Shown: positions 50,134-60,333 of the stretch, in pieces
Position numbering within the stretch: the first letter of the stretch is position 1
Layout: each line of letters opens with the position of its first letter
Source of the DNA: Planctomycetota bacterium
GTDB taxonomy: Bacteria > Planctomycetota > JAMOSO01
Direction of reading: 5' to 3'
DNA length: 64,000 bases
Assembly: GCA_027063065.1 (NCBI GenBank)
Contig: JAMOSO010000003.1
Coordinates: 1,524 to 65,523 of the forward strand
Position numbers and translations under genes: made by a program
Notes under the pieces: generated by a model
The model's database searches: none
The model's input: only the letters and a program-made list of their open reading frames with translations
Told to the model about the DNA's origin: nothing

Positions 50134-51096
50134 ATGAGCGAAGCCAATATTCTTAAGATTTTTGCCTGTAACGGTAACCCCGAATTAAGCCAAGCCATTT
50201 GCGATCATATGCAAATCCCTCTAGGCGATGCAAAGTTAGAGCGTTTTGCTGATGGTGAAATCAAAGTAATCATCAATGAAGATGTTAGAGGCAATGATAT
50301 TTTTGTTGTACAATCAACTTGTCCACCAGTCAATCGCAACTTAATGGAACTTTTGATTATGATAGACGCACTTAAACGAGCGTCTGCTAAACGCATCACC
50401 GCTGTAATTCCATACTTTGGATATGCACGCCAAGATCGCAAACACGACGGGCGCACCCCAATCACTGCCAAATTAGTAGCCAATATGATTACAACTGCTG
50501 GAGCAAACAGAGTCTTGGCGATGGATCTTCACGCCACACAAATTCAAGGTTTTTTTGACATACCTGTTGACCACTTACTGTCTGCACCTGTATTTATAAA
50601 TGAAATTAAAAAAATGAATATCGAAGATTTAACCATAATGACACCAGATATTGGTTCGTCAAAAATGGGAGGTTCTTTTGCTAGTCATTTGAAATGTGAT
50701 TTAGCTATTGGTGACAAACGCCGTCAAAGCGACACAGACGTAACAGTAGAAAGAATAATAGGCAATGTAAAAGGCAGAAATATTGTAATGATAGATGATA
50801 TGATTTCAACTGCCGGTACAATTACAGACGCCTCGCGAATGGCCCTTGAGCAAGGAGCAAAAAGTGTAAGATTAATGGCTGTACATCCTGTATTTTGCGG
50901 ACCAGCCCTTGAACGCCTTAACGCCATCAATATCAAAGAAATGATAGTAACAAATTCAATCACGGTGTCTGATGATTTTAAAACACAGTGCAACCCTAAG
51001 CTTACAACTGTAAATGTGGGCCCCTTGTTGGGCGAAGCTATTCGACGCATTCACAATGACCAGTCTGTCAGCGCCCTTTTTAAACTAAACAAATAA
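50134..51096 (+). CDS. prs: ribose-phosphate pyrophosphokinase (PRPP synthetase)
   Basis: 320 aa, …IFACNGNPELS…, PRPP-binding loop (…VMIDDMISTAGT…). Confidence 0.95.
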   Translation: MSEANILKIFACNGNPELSQAICDHMQIPLGDAKLERFADGEIKVIINEDVRGNDIFVVQSTCPPVNRNLMELLIMIDALKRASAKRITAVIPYFGYARQDRKHDGRTPITAKLVANMITTAGANRVLAMDLHATQIQGFFDIPVDHLLSAPVFINEIKKMNIEDLTIMTPDIGSSKMGGSFASHLKCDLAIGDKRRQSDTDVTVERIIGNVKGRNIVMIDDMISTAGTITDASRMALEQGAKSVRLMAVHPVFCGPALERLNAINIKEMIVTNSITVSDDFKTQCNPKLTTVNVGPLLGEAIRRIHNDQSVSALFKLNK

Positions 51097-51119
51097 CAAT
51101 TACTATATAAGGAGTAACA

Positions 51120-51392
51120 ATGTCAATTGCATTAACAGCAACCAAGCGCGACATGAAGCTAGACGCTAAAAAGCTTCGCGCTGCAGGTCGCACCCCAGCA
51201 GTTCTTTACGCCAAAGGCTTTGAGAATGTGCATTTTAGCTTAGATGCTAAAGATTTAGAAAAAGCAATCGCCAATAAGGAAGTTCAATACGAACTAAATA
51301 TTGATGGCGAAACTTACAATGCTGGCTTAAAAGATATCAGTCGTGATTATCTAAAAGATTGTATTTTTCACGTTGATTTTTTAAAGCAATAA
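51120..51392 (+). CDS. rplY: 50S ribosomal protein L25 (short form)
   Basis: 90 aa, …RTPAVLYAKGFENVHFSL… Conserved prs-rplY-pth arrangement. Confidence 0.85.
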   Translation: MSIALTATKRDMKLDAKKLRAAGRTPAVLYAKGFENVHFSLDAKDLEKAIANKEVQYELNIDGETYNAGLKDISRDYLKDCIFHVDFLKQ

Positions 51393-51393
51393 A

Positions 51394-51960
51394 ATGAAAG
51401 CCATTATTGGTTTGGGAAATCCCGGTATTGAATATCGTAAAACCAGACATAATATTGGCTTTGAAATTGTGGACGCCTTAGCTAATCGCTATGGATCTAC
51501 TTTAAACAATACAAAATTTCAGAGTGTTTTTTGTTCTGAAATGATAGGCGAAGAAAAAGTTTTGCTAGTGAAACCGCAAACTTTTATGAACTTATCAGGT
51601 CAAAGTGTACAAGCTATTAAGGCTTATTACAATTTGGCTCCGAGTCAAATGTTAATTATTTATGATGATTATCATTTAGATTTGGGACGTGTGCGCTTTC
51701 GTCCCAACGGTTCTGCCGGCGGACATAACGGCATCAAAAATATTATTGCCAAACTTGGCTCTGAGATTTTTGATAGAATGCGTATAGGTATCGGTTCACC
51801 GGGACGTAGAGAATTAACCAGCTATGTCTTAGGGAAATTTTCCCAAACCGAAATCGAAGAAATAAATTTGAGTATGCCAGAATACCTAGATATGGTTGAA
51901 TTTTGGTTACGAGAAGATATAGAAATGGTTATGACTAATTTTAACGGTACAGGCAAGTAG
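51394..51960 (+). CDS. pth: peptidyl-tRNA hydrolase
   Basis: 188 aa, MKAIIGLGNPG…TRHNIGF…GHNGIKNI… classic Pth. Confidence 0.95.
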   Translation: MKAIIGLGNPGIEYRKTRHNIGFEIVDALANRYGSTLNNTKFQSVFCSEMIGEEKVLLVKPQTFMNLSGQSVQAIKAYYNLAPSQMLIIYDDYHLDLGRVRFRPNGSAGGHNGIKNIIAKLGSEIFDRMRIGIGSPGRRELTSYVLGKFSQTEIEEINLSMPEYLDMVEFWLREDIEMVMTNFNGTGK

Positions 51961-51991
51961 CCCGTACTAAATTTATTTTTGGAGAAGTACA

Positions 51992-52375
51992 TTGAAGACT
52001 TACGAGGCCCTGTTTCTAGCCGATAGCGCCATGCCTTACGGTGCAGAAGCAGCAGAAAACAGCTCAGAAGAGACCAAGGCCACAGTTGAACAAACTGTGC
52101 AGTCCATTATGGACAAAGCTGGTGCCAAAGTTATTGACACCGTAATGTGGGGAAACCGCAAATTAGCTTATTACATCAACAAACAAACTCGTGGTATTTA
52201 CTATGCAGTTTATTTTGAATGTGATCCCCTAAAAGTGAACGTTGTTACTCAACAAGTAAATATCAGCACAGATATTTACCGTGTTATGGTGACAGAAGAT
52301 CCCAAACAAACTGCCAAAGAAAACTTTGAACTTTACATTAAACAAGCTCAGGAAGCCAAAGCTGAGACAAAATAA
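51992..52375 (+). CDS. rpsF: 30S ribosomal protein S6
   Basis: 127 aa, YEALFLA…WGNRKLAYYINK… S6 fold with a short insertion in the first loop. Confidence 0.85.
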   Translation: MKTYEALFLADSAMPYGAEAAENSSEETKATVEQTVQSIMDKAGAKVIDTVMWGNRKLAYYINKQTRGIYYAVYFECDPLKVNVVTQQVNISTDIYRVMVTEDPKQTAKENFELYIKQAQEAKAETK

Positions 52376-52863
52376 TGGCGGATTTTAACAAGGTCATTCT
52401 AGTTGGACGTTTAACTCGCGACCCTGAATTGCGCTATATTTCCAGCGGCACTGCCGTATGTGAGGTTTCATTAGCCATCGGTCGTAAGTGGAAAGGCTCT
52501 GACGGTCAAATGCGTGACGAAACTACATTTATAGACGTAGTTATTTGGGGACGCAATGGCGAAAATGTAAACCAGTATATGAAAAAAGGTAGCCAGTTAT
52601 TAGTTGAAGGCCGCCTTAACCAAGAACGCTGGGAAGACAAGAATACCGGACAAAAACGCAGTAAAGTTAATGTAGTTGCCGACAGAGTGCAATTTTTGGA
52701 TAGTAAAAATGCTGGATTAGCCAATTCAACTAACCAAAACAATGTAACTCCGCCACAACCAACAGCTACAACAAATCAGGTTCAAGCACCTATACAGCAA
52801 AAACCTGCCGAGGCAAATTTTGACGATAACTTTGATGTTCAGGGTGATGAAATCCCCTTTTAG
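52375..52863 (+). CDS. ssb: single-stranded DNA-binding protein
   Basis: 162 aa, OB-fold (…NKVILVGRLTRDPELRY…). Acidic C-terminal tail DDNFDVQGDEIPF. Confidence 0.95.
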   Translation: MADFNKVILVGRLTRDPELRYISSGTAVCEVSLAIGRKWKGSDGQMRDETTFIDVVIWGRNGENVNQYMKKGSQLLVEGRLNQERWEDKNTGQKRSKVNVVADRVQFLDSKNAGLANSTNQNNVTPPQPTATTNQVQAPIQQKPAEANFDDNFDVQGDEIPF

Positions 52864-52889
52864 GGCTCACCTCAATTTAGGAAGATAAT

Positions 52890-53129
52890 ATGATAAAAAG
52901 AACTTCTGCCTATCAAAAAGGCAAATGTCGTTTCTGTCGTAGTGGACAAGAAATAGACTATAAAGATGTAGAAAACTTAAAAAAATTAGTAACTCCACAT
53001 GGTAAAATTCAGTCACGACGTATGACTGGTACCTGTGCCCTTCACCACCGTCGCGTAACCAACGAAGTTAAAAAGGCAAGAATTATGTCTTTAATACCTT
53101 TTGCTGGTAGCACTAACGGTTCAATGTAA
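52890..53129 (+). CDS. rpsR: 30S ribosomal protein S18
   Basis: 79 aa, …CRFCRSGQEIDYKDVENLKKLVTPHGKIQSRRMTGTCALHHRRVTNEVKKAR…. Confidence 0.9.
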   Translation: MIKRTSAYQKGKCRFCRSGQEIDYKDVENLKKLVTPHGKIQSRRMTGTCALHHRRVTNEVKKARIMSLIPFAGSTNGSM

Positions 53130-53138
53130 GGAGCTAAT

Positions 53139-53591
53139 ATGGAAGTTTTACTAAACGAAGATATTCAATCACTAGGTTTAGTTGGCGATGTAGTAAAAGT
53201 AAAAACTGGCTATGCGCGCAACTATCTTTTTCCAAAGAATTTAGCAGTAATTCCTACTCCACAAGCTTTAGAGCAAATTGCCTCTAAGCGTAAAAAAGTG
53301 GAAGCTCAACGTATTAAATTACGTGAAGAAGCAACTGCTGCTGCCAAAAAATTAGAAGGCGCTTCTGTAACTCTTGAAGTTAAAGTTGGTGAAAATGAAC
53401 AATTATACGGAGCAATAAGTGCTTCTATGATTTCAGACCAACTAAAAGCTGAAACTGGTTCAGTAATCCCATCTGAGCAAATTATAGTTGCAGAACCAAT
53501 TAAAGAACTCGGTACATTTGTAGTAGATATTAAACTACATACAGATGTTATTGTACCTTTAAAAGTATGGGTTGTTAAAAGCGAGAGTTAA
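53139..53591 (+). CDS. rplI: 50S ribosomal protein L9
   Basis: 150 aa, MEVLLNEDIQSLGLVGDVVKVKTGYARNYLFPKNLAV…. Confidence 0.95.
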   Translation: MEVLLNEDIQSLGLVGDVVKVKTGYARNYLFPKNLAVIPTPQALEQIASKRKKVEAQRIKLREEATAAAKKLEGASVTLEVKVGENEQLYGAISASMISDQLKAETGSVIPSEQIIVAEPIKELGTFVVDIKLHTDVIVPLKVWVVKSES

Positions 53592-54937
53592 TGGCTGATG
53601 TTGCTCTTAATGCGTTAGACAGAATACCACCTCATGATGAAGAGGCAGAACGGGCTGTTATTGGGGCTTGTCTTTTAAATCATCGAGTTTTAGACGAAGT
53701 TACAGATATAATTCGTTCAGATGATTTTTATACAAGCCACTTTCGTATTGCTTTTGAATCTATCTTAAGTTTATACGACCGTGGACAACCTATCGATTCT
53801 GTTTTATTACGCAACTATCTTGAGAGCACAGGCAAGCTTGAAAGCATCGACTTCCAACAGGTAGTCGATGCTACCTCTTCTGTGCCTTCCATTGCAAATG
53901 CCGATTATTATGCAAATATAGTGAGAGAAAAAGCATTATTACGGGAATTAATAAATGTCTCTAGTGATGTACTTAAAAATACTTTTGAATCTTCTAGCAA
54001 TCCACGCGAAGTTTTAGATTTGGCAGAATCAAGAATATTCGATGTCGCACAACGTAATTACAAGAATGCTGGTTCATCCATTCGCGACATTTTACAAGAA
54101 ACTGTTAAACGTATCGAAGATAATTTAAAAAGGGGCGGAGGTTTAACGGGCCTCGATACAGGTTACTTTGCTTTAAATGAACAAACTAATGGTATTCAAC
54201 CCTCCGATCTTATCATCATTGCAGGTCGCCCATCAATGGGTAAAACCACATTTGCGTTAAATTTGATGGATCATTTTGCTTTAAATGGCGAAAAACCCGT
54301 TGCCGTTGCGTTATTTTCACTAGAAATGGGCAAAGAACAAATTGCAGAAAATATGCTATGTGCTCATGCACGCATAGATTCTGAAGAATTAAAAAAAGGA
54401 CGACTAACAGAAAAAAAATGGAATGATTTAATGATGGCAGCTGGAAGTTTATCCGAAGCGCCTATATACATCGATGACTCACCTGGGCTTAGTCCTTTAG
54501 AAATCCGTGCTAAAGCACGCCGATTAAAAAGCAGATATGATATTCAAGCTATTTTCATCGACTATATTCAATTAATGCAAGATAGCGCTCGAAGTCGCGA
54601 AGGTAGACAACAAGAAATTTCTAGTATATCTCGTTCATTAAAAGCTTTGGCACGGGAATTACATCTTCCTGTTATCGTTCTTTCGCAATTAAATCGATCT
54701 GTTGAACAACGAGAAAATCATAAACCACGCATGTCAGACTTGCGCGAATCTGGTGCCATCGAACAAGACGCTGATGTTATTATGTTGGTGCATCGTGATG
54801 ATTATTACGACCCCGAAAAAAACCCTGGATCTGTATTTATTAATATAGCTAAACAACGTAACGGACCAGTCGGTGAAATAGAACTATTTTTTGCTAAAGA
54901 ACATAAACGCTTTGAAAACCTTTCACGGAGACAATAA
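53591..54937 (+). CDS. dnaB: replicative DNA helicase DnaB
   Basis: 448 aa. N-terminal domain (PPHDEEAERAVIGACLL), Walker A (GRPSMGKTTFALN), Walker B and arginine finger. Confidence 0.95.
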   Translation: MADVALNALDRIPPHDEEAERAVIGACLLNHRVLDEVTDIIRSDDFYTSHFRIAFESILSLYDRGQPIDSVLLRNYLESTGKLESIDFQQVVDATSSVPSIANADYYANIVREKALLRELINVSSDVLKNTFESSSNPREVLDLAESRIFDVAQRNYKNAGSSIRDILQETVKRIEDNLKRGGGLTGLDTGYFALNEQTNGIQPSDLIIIAGRPSMGKTTFALNLMDHFALNGEKPVAVALFSLEMGKEQIAENMLCAHARIDSEELKKGRLTEKKWNDLMMAAGSLSEAPIYIDDSPGLSPLEIRAKARRLKSRYDIQAIFIDYIQLMQDSARSREGRQQEISSISRSLKALARELHLPVIVLSQLNRSVEQRENHKPRMSDLRESGAIEQDADVIMLVHRDDYYDPEKNPGSVFINIAKQRNGPVGEIELFFAKEHKRFENLSRRQ

Positions 54938-54940
54938 TAA

Positions 54941-57397
54941 ATGTCAAAAATATTATTAAATTTTAGTGTGTTGCTATTATTATCATTTGTATTTAATCAA
55001 AATACCTACGCTTTTTCACCAACAATAAGGTCAATTAAAATACGTTCTGCAGAAAGTTCCCATCAACTAAAACATCCTGAAGCCTTAATCTTACGTCAAA
55101 TGAAATCAAAACCTGGTATGCCTTTTTCTCAAAGTGTACTAGATGATGATATCGCTAGATTATTTAAATTAAATTGGTTTTATGATGTCAAGTGTCATAT
55201 TACCAACAAAATCAATCCAGATATCACTGTGACGGTGGTAGAAAAACGTAAAATTACTCAAATTTCGTATAGTGGCATAAAGAAAATACGTTCTGTGAAA
55301 CTAAATGATGTTATTTCTACACGCATTGGAGAATATGTTAATCCTTTTTTTATTACACGCGACAAAGAAGCTATTCAAAAACTATATCAAGAAAAAGGCT
55401 ATTACTTTGCCGATATCAGAGTGGAATATAAAGATCATCCTGAAGGTGTCGAATTAATCTTTGTGATTGATGAACGCAAAGATATACGTATAAGTGAAAT
55501 TATATTTGAAGGCAATGCCCACATCAAAAAAGATGAATTATTGGATGTAATGAAAAACAAAGAAGATGGGTTGTTTACTGGAGGAATATTTAACGAAGAA
55601 GAATTTGAAAAAGATTTAATTCGTTTACGCTATGTTTATATAAGTAAAGGTTGGATTAATGCTACTATTACAAGTGATGGATTTTATACTGAATTGCCAA
55701 CAGAAAAAGCTAATAAAGTAACTACTCCTAGACGTACTGATCAACGGTGGTTAAAACGTAATATTGCTTGGCATCCAATACAAAGCGAAACACCAAAAGA
55801 ACGAGTTGGCAAAATCAAAATCAACATTATCGAAGGGAAACGCTACCGCATTAACAAAGTTGTCTTTGTTAATAATATTAAAATATCCACTGAGGAGTTA
55901 ATGGATGCTATTTCTCCAGAAAAAGTACGACATTATCCCGATGAACGAGCTCTTGAAACCACATATTTAAAGGTTGGTGGTTTTTACAGTCCGTTGATTA
56001 TCGATCGTGCTAGAAAAATAATAAGCGATAAATACGGTCATTTTGGATATATGTTTACGCAAGTTAGAGTTAACGAAACAGTCGTTGACAATACTACAGA
56101 TATTAATTTAACTTTTAATATTAAAGAAGGCAGACCGACAACAGTTAATGAAATCAAAATAGAAGGTAATGATAAAACTAGAGATGTAGTAATTAGACGT
56201 GAACTACAATTTTATCCAGGCGATAAATTAACATCTGATGTTTTAAATAAAAGCCGTAATAATTTAAGAAATTTAGATTTTTTTGAAAACGTTTCTGTTG
56301 AACCTGTTGAAATAGACAAAGAAAAAGGGATTTCTGATGTCATTATTAAAGTTAAAGAAAAAAACACTGGTCAGTTTCGCTTTGGTGTTGGGTTTTCTTC
56401 TGTGGACTCCATTGTTGGAACAGTTTCGGTACAGCAACGTAACTTTGATTGGCGTGCTTGGCCATATCCAACAGGTGACGGGCAAAGCGCAGGTGTTGTT
56501 TTGAAGTTAGGTTCTGATAGTAAAACAGTTGCGTTGAATTTTACAGAACCTTATATAAATGATTTACCTATTAGAACTGGTTTTAATATATATAACACTA
56601 CTACATCAGCTGATCTTTATGATTCTACCAAACGAGGACTAGAATTATTTATAGGCAAAAAAATCATGAAAGATACATATTTAAACTTAACTTATGGATA
56701 TGTACGCAATGAAATCAGTGATATGGATGATGGTGCTTCTGATTTATTAAAAAATGAAGTAGGTACAGAATACACCACTTATATTGGGTATAGTTTAAAT
56801 TACAATACTGTGGATTCTATTTTCTTACCTACAGAAGGTTGGAAAGCAAGCGCTAGTTCTAAATTTTATGTAGATGCCTTAGGAGGCAAAACAGAAATGA
56901 TAGAATCAGCCTTATCAGCCAGTTATTTTTATAAGATTTCTGATACATTTGGAGAAAAACCGCACGTATTAATGTTTCGTGGACGTTTAAATACTATTGG
57001 TACCTATGGCGATACAGAATATGTACCATTATATAATCGATATTTTGCAGGTGGTCAAAGTACAGTAAGAGGCTATCCAAGTGGCGAATTGACCCCTGTA
57101 GATAATCAAGACGAAAATATTGGCGGTACATTTAGACCTATTATTAATGTAGAATATACATACCCTCTATACGAAGAGCTTGTACGCGGCGCTGTGTTCT
57201 TTGATGCAGGATATGCATTTTTAAATAGTAAAAATGCTAGTGTAGGCAATATGCATAAATCTTATGGACTAGGTATTAGAGTTAAAACCCCTTTAGGTCC
57301 TATGCCAATTGCTCTTGATTATGGCTGGGCGCTGGACACTGACGATGGAAGATACCCTTCTGGACGTTTTGATTTTAGTTTTGGGGCTTTGTTTTAA
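54941..57397 (+). CDS. bamA: outer-membrane protein assembly factor BamA
   Basis: 818 aa. Signal peptide, five POTRA-like repeats, C-terminal 16-strand beta-barrel ending in aromatic residue (…GALF). Confidence 0.9.
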   Translation: MSKILLNFSVLLLLSFVFNQNTYAFSPTIRSIKIRSAESSHQLKHPEALILRQMKSKPGMPFSQSVLDDDIARLFKLNWFYDVKCHITNKINPDITVTVVEKRKITQISYSGIKKIRSVKLNDVISTRIGEYVNPFFITRDKEAIQKLYQEKGYYFADIRVEYKDHPEGVELIFVIDERKDIRISEIIFEGNAHIKKDELLDVMKNKEDGLFTGGIFNEEEFEKDLIRLRYVYISKGWINATITSDGFYTELPTEKANKVTTPRRTDQRWLKRNIAWHPIQSETPKERVGKIKINIIEGKRYRINKVVFVNNIKISTEELMDAISPEKVRHYPDERALETTYLKVGGFYSPLIIDRARKIISDKYGHFGYMFTQVRVNETVVDNTTDINLTFNIKEGRPTTVNEIKIEGNDKTRDVVIRRELQFYPGDKLTSDVLNKSRNNLRNLDFFENVSVEPVEIDKEKGISDVIIKVKEKNTGQFRFGVGFSSVDSIVGTVSVQQRNFDWRAWPYPTGDGQSAGVVLKLGSDSKTVALNFTEPYINDLPIRTGFNIYNTTTSADLYDSTKRGLELFIGKKIMKDTYLNLTYGYVRNEISDMDDGASDLLKNEVGTEYTTYIGYSLNYNTVDSIFLPTEGWKASASSKFYVDALGGKTEMIESALSASYFYKISDTFGEKPHVLMFRGRLNTIGTYGDTEYVPLYNRYFAGGQSTVRGYPSGELTPVDNQDENIGGTFRPIINVEYTYPLYEELVRGAVFFDAGYAFLNSKNASVGNMHKSYGLGIRVKTPLGPMPIALDYGWALDTDDGRYPSGRFDFSFGALF

Positions 57398-57461
57398 TTG
57401 ACGAATACTAACATCCATATACAATATAAATTCATTTATTAATTATTTTGAGAGAAAAATT

Positions 57462-58031
57462 ATGAAAAAAATAATGCTAATTATCGGTATAATAGCTACT
57501 TTGAACTTAAGTAGCCCTCTTGCTAGAGCTGAGGGATTAAAAATTGGTGTTGTTCACCTTTCTCAAGTATTTGATGCTTATAACAAAACCAAACAGCTAG
57601 ATGCCGAATTAAAACTAGATACACAAAAAAAAATGGCCGATGCCGAACAAATGCGCAATAAAATAAATGCTGTACAAAAACAAATGAATAATAAAATGCT
57701 TTCATTAGATAAACGTATTGCTTTAAAAGAGGAATTTGAAATTGCAAAATTACGCTATGATATGTTTCGCAAAAAAACTATGGCACTAGCGGAACGTCAG
57801 CAAATATTAAGGATTTCTGACGTGTATAAAGATATACGTGCAGCTATTAATGATTATGCAAAAGAACAAAATTATGATTTAATTATACGTTTACAAACTA
57901 GAGATAAAAAACATACAGACATCAAAAGTTTAGAACAAGAAATCAATCTAACATCAGTTTTATACGCTAGTAATAAAGTTAATATTACTAAAATAATTAT
58001 AGAAAAACTTAATAAAGCCTATAAAAAATAA
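57462..58031 (+). CDS. skp: periplasmic chaperone Skp (OmpH family)
   Basis: 189 aa. Signal peptide, long coiled-coil, Lys-rich. Canonical bamA-skp-lpxD position. Confidence 0.8.
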   Translation: MKKIMLIIGIIATLNLSSPLARAEGLKIGVVHLSQVFDAYNKTKQLDAELKLDTQKKMADAEQMRNKINAVQKQMNNKMLSLDKRIALKEEFEIAKLRYDMFRKKTMALAERQQILRISDVYKDIRAAINDYAKEQNYDLIIRLQTRDKKHTDIKSLEQEINLTSVLYASNKVNITKIIIEKLNKAYKK

Positions 58032-59081
58032 ATGACTAAGGCCTTAAGCGAAATAATTAAGGCTTTAAAGCCAATTAATTGCAATCTAAAAAAAGACATC
58101 AACATCACCTCTTTAGCGTCTCTGAGCGACGCCAAAGAAGGTGATATCAGTTTTTTAACCAATACAAAATATATTGCCCAATTATCTTCTACATGTGCAT
58201 CTGCTGTTTTGGTTAAACCAGAACATGCCGATATACAATCCAACGCCATTTTAATTATCGTAGATAATCCTAATCTGGCCTTTGCGGAAGTAGCCAAGTT
58301 ATTGGGGTTTGAAAGACCTGTATCGCCTATGGGCATATCAGACAAGGCTTGTATTGCAAAAGATGCTCACATCTCAAATGATGTAAAGATACAAGCATAT
58401 AGTGTGATAGCTTCTGGTGTAAGCATTGGCGAATCGACAAATATTTATCCAAATGTAGTCATAGAAAACAATGTCAAAATTGGTAAATACTGCACTATCT
58501 ATCCTAATGTTACTATTATGGATGGCTGTGAAATTGGCGATAATGTCATAATTAATGCTGGTAGTGTAATAGGAAGTGACGGTTTTGGATTTGATTTAGA
58601 AAGTCCTGATAACACCAAAATACCACAAGTCGGCAACGTAATCATTGGCAATAATGTAGAAATTGGTGCCAATGTGAGCATTGATAGAGCAAGGTTTGGA
58701 TCTACAATTATCCAAGACAACGTCAAAATCGACAATCTTGTTCAAATCGCTCACAACGTCGTAATAGGTAAAAATTCAGTGATAGTTTCTCAAACTGGTA
58801 TAGCAGGTAGCTCTAAACTTGGCACGGGAGTAATAGTTGGAGGGTGTACTGCCATTTCAGGACATCTGCGTATAGCAGATAATTCTATGTTTGCTGGACG
58901 CTCAGGGGTTACCAAATCAATAACTAATGCTGGCATTTATGCTGGATTACCTGCACAACCTATTAATTCATGGCGAAAAGATATAGCCAATATTCGGTCT
59001 TTACATAAAATAAAAAAGCATATTAAAGACCTTAAAGAAAGGATACTTAAAATTGAACACAATACCCCAAAAAACACTTAA
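58032..59081 (+). CDS. lpxD: UDP-3-O-(3-hydroxyacyl)glucosamine N-acyltransferase
   Basis: 349 aa. N-terminal LpxD domain plus left-handed beta-helix hexapeptide repeats (…IGDNVIINAGSVIGSDGFGF…). Confidence 0.9.
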   Translation: MTKALSEIIKALKPINCNLKKDINITSLASLSDAKEGDISFLTNTKYIAQLSSTCASAVLVKPEHADIQSNAILIIVDNPNLAFAEVAKLLGFERPVSPMGISDKACIAKDAHISNDVKIQAYSVIASGVSIGESTNIYPNVVIENNVKIGKYCTIYPNVTIMDGCEIGDNVIINAGSVIGSDGFGFDLESPDNTKIPQVGNVIIGNNVEIGANVSIDRARFGSTIIQDNVKIDNLVQIAHNVVIGKNSVIVSQTGIAGSSKLGTGVIVGGCTAISGHLRIADNSMFAGRSGVTKSITNAGIYAGLPAQPINSWRKDIANIRSLHKIKKHIKDLKERILKIEHNTPKNT

Positions 59082-60333
59082 ATCAACTGTTATCATAAAA
59101 GGTGTCGGCCTACACAGCGGAGAAACTGCCAATTTAATCCTTGAGCCTGCCACCGCTAATCATGGAATCAAATTTATACGTACTGATGTTGATAAAAAAA
59201 ACATCATTGAATTAAATCCAGCCAATATAGTTTATAATGATAGGCGCACTCAATTAACCAATGGCAACGTCAACATCAATACTATAGAACACCTACTTGC
59301 CGTACTACATATTTTAGGTATCACAGAATTAACTATAAAATGTGACTGCGAGGAACTACCCGGTTGTGATGGATCTGGTAAAATTTACCTAGAAAAAATT
59401 GATGCTGTCGGAATTGAAACTTTAGGTGCCGAAACAAACATATTAGAAATCAATACCCCTCTTACTGTTGATAGTGAACATGGCAATATTACTGCTATAG
59501 CAAATAAAGATTTCATTATAGACTATACCTTAGACTACTCTGCCTTTGGTGTCAGCCTGCAACATAAAACTATTAATATTACAGAGCAAACATTTCGAGA
59601 AGAAATTGTCAACTGCCGTACTTTTTGTATGAAGCAAGAGTGGGATCAACGGTTAGAACACAACCTTGGCAAAGGTGCTAGTCTAGAAAATACATTAGTG
59701 ATGGATAAGGACACTCCTTTAGAAAATAAATTTAATCAACCGTTAGAGTTAAGCTGTCATAAAATTTTAGATTTAATTGGTGATTTATATCTAACTGGTC
59801 AGCCCGTTAAAGGCAAATTTATTGCTTTGAAATCTGGGCATGCCGCAAATGTTGAACTGACTCAAAAAATATTTAACCAAAGGCCTACCGAACCCGTTTA
59901 TCATCTTGAAGAACTATTAAAAGTTTTACCTCACCGATATCCAATGATGATGGTTGATCGCTTAGAAAAATTAGAACCTAAAAAAAGAGCTGTAGGATAT
60001 AAAAATTTAAGTTTTAATGAGCCTTTTTTTCAGGGGCACTTTCCTGGACAGCCTGTTATGCCTGGTGTATTGCAAATTGAAGCTATGGCACAATTAGCTG
60101 GATGCATTTTAATTGATCCTAATAGCAAAACTAAGTTAATACCAATGTTTACTGCCATCGACGGAGTTAAGTTTAGACGTCCCGTTGTACCTGGCGATAG
60201 ACTGGATATGGATACTCGTATTGTAAAGTTTAGACGAAATATGGGTGAAGTAATCGGAAAAGCCACTGTCAATGGTCAGGTTGCCTCAGAGGCCACTTTT
60301 AGATTTATTCTTATAGAAGGACCTCAAGAATGA
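59053..60333 (+). CDS. lpxC/fabZ: bifunctional UDP-3-O-acyl-GlcNAc deacetylase / 3-hydroxyacyl-ACP dehydratase (LpxC-FabZ fusion)
   Basis: 426 aa. Residues 1-~280 LpxC (…TLKSTVIIKGVGLHSGETANLILEPA…HG…, …HKILDLIGDLYL…). Residues ~285-426 FabZ hot-dog (…LPHRYPMMMVDRL…GHFPGQPVMPGVLQIEAMAQ…). Overlaps lpxD 3' end by 29 nt. Confidence 0.9.
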   Translation: MNTIPQKTLKSTVIIKGVGLHSGETANLILEPATANHGIKFIRTDVDKKNIIELNPANIVYNDRRTQLTNGNVNINTIEHLLAVLHILGITELTIKCDCEELPGCDGSGKIYLEKIDAVGIETLGAETNILEINTPLTVDSEHGNITAIANKDFIIDYTLDYSAFGVSLQHKTINITEQTFREEIVNCRTFCMKQEWDQRLEHNLGKGASLENTLVMDKDTPLENKFNQPLELSCHKILDLIGDLYLTGQPVKGKFIALKSGHAANVELTQKIFNQRPTEPVYHLEELLKVLPHRYPMMMVDRLEKLEPKKRAVGYKNLSFNEPFFQGHFPGQPVMPGVLQIEAMAQLAGCILIDPNSKTKLIPMFTAIDGVKFRRPVVPGDRLDMDTRIVKFRRNMGEVIGKATVNGQVASEATFRFILIEGPQE

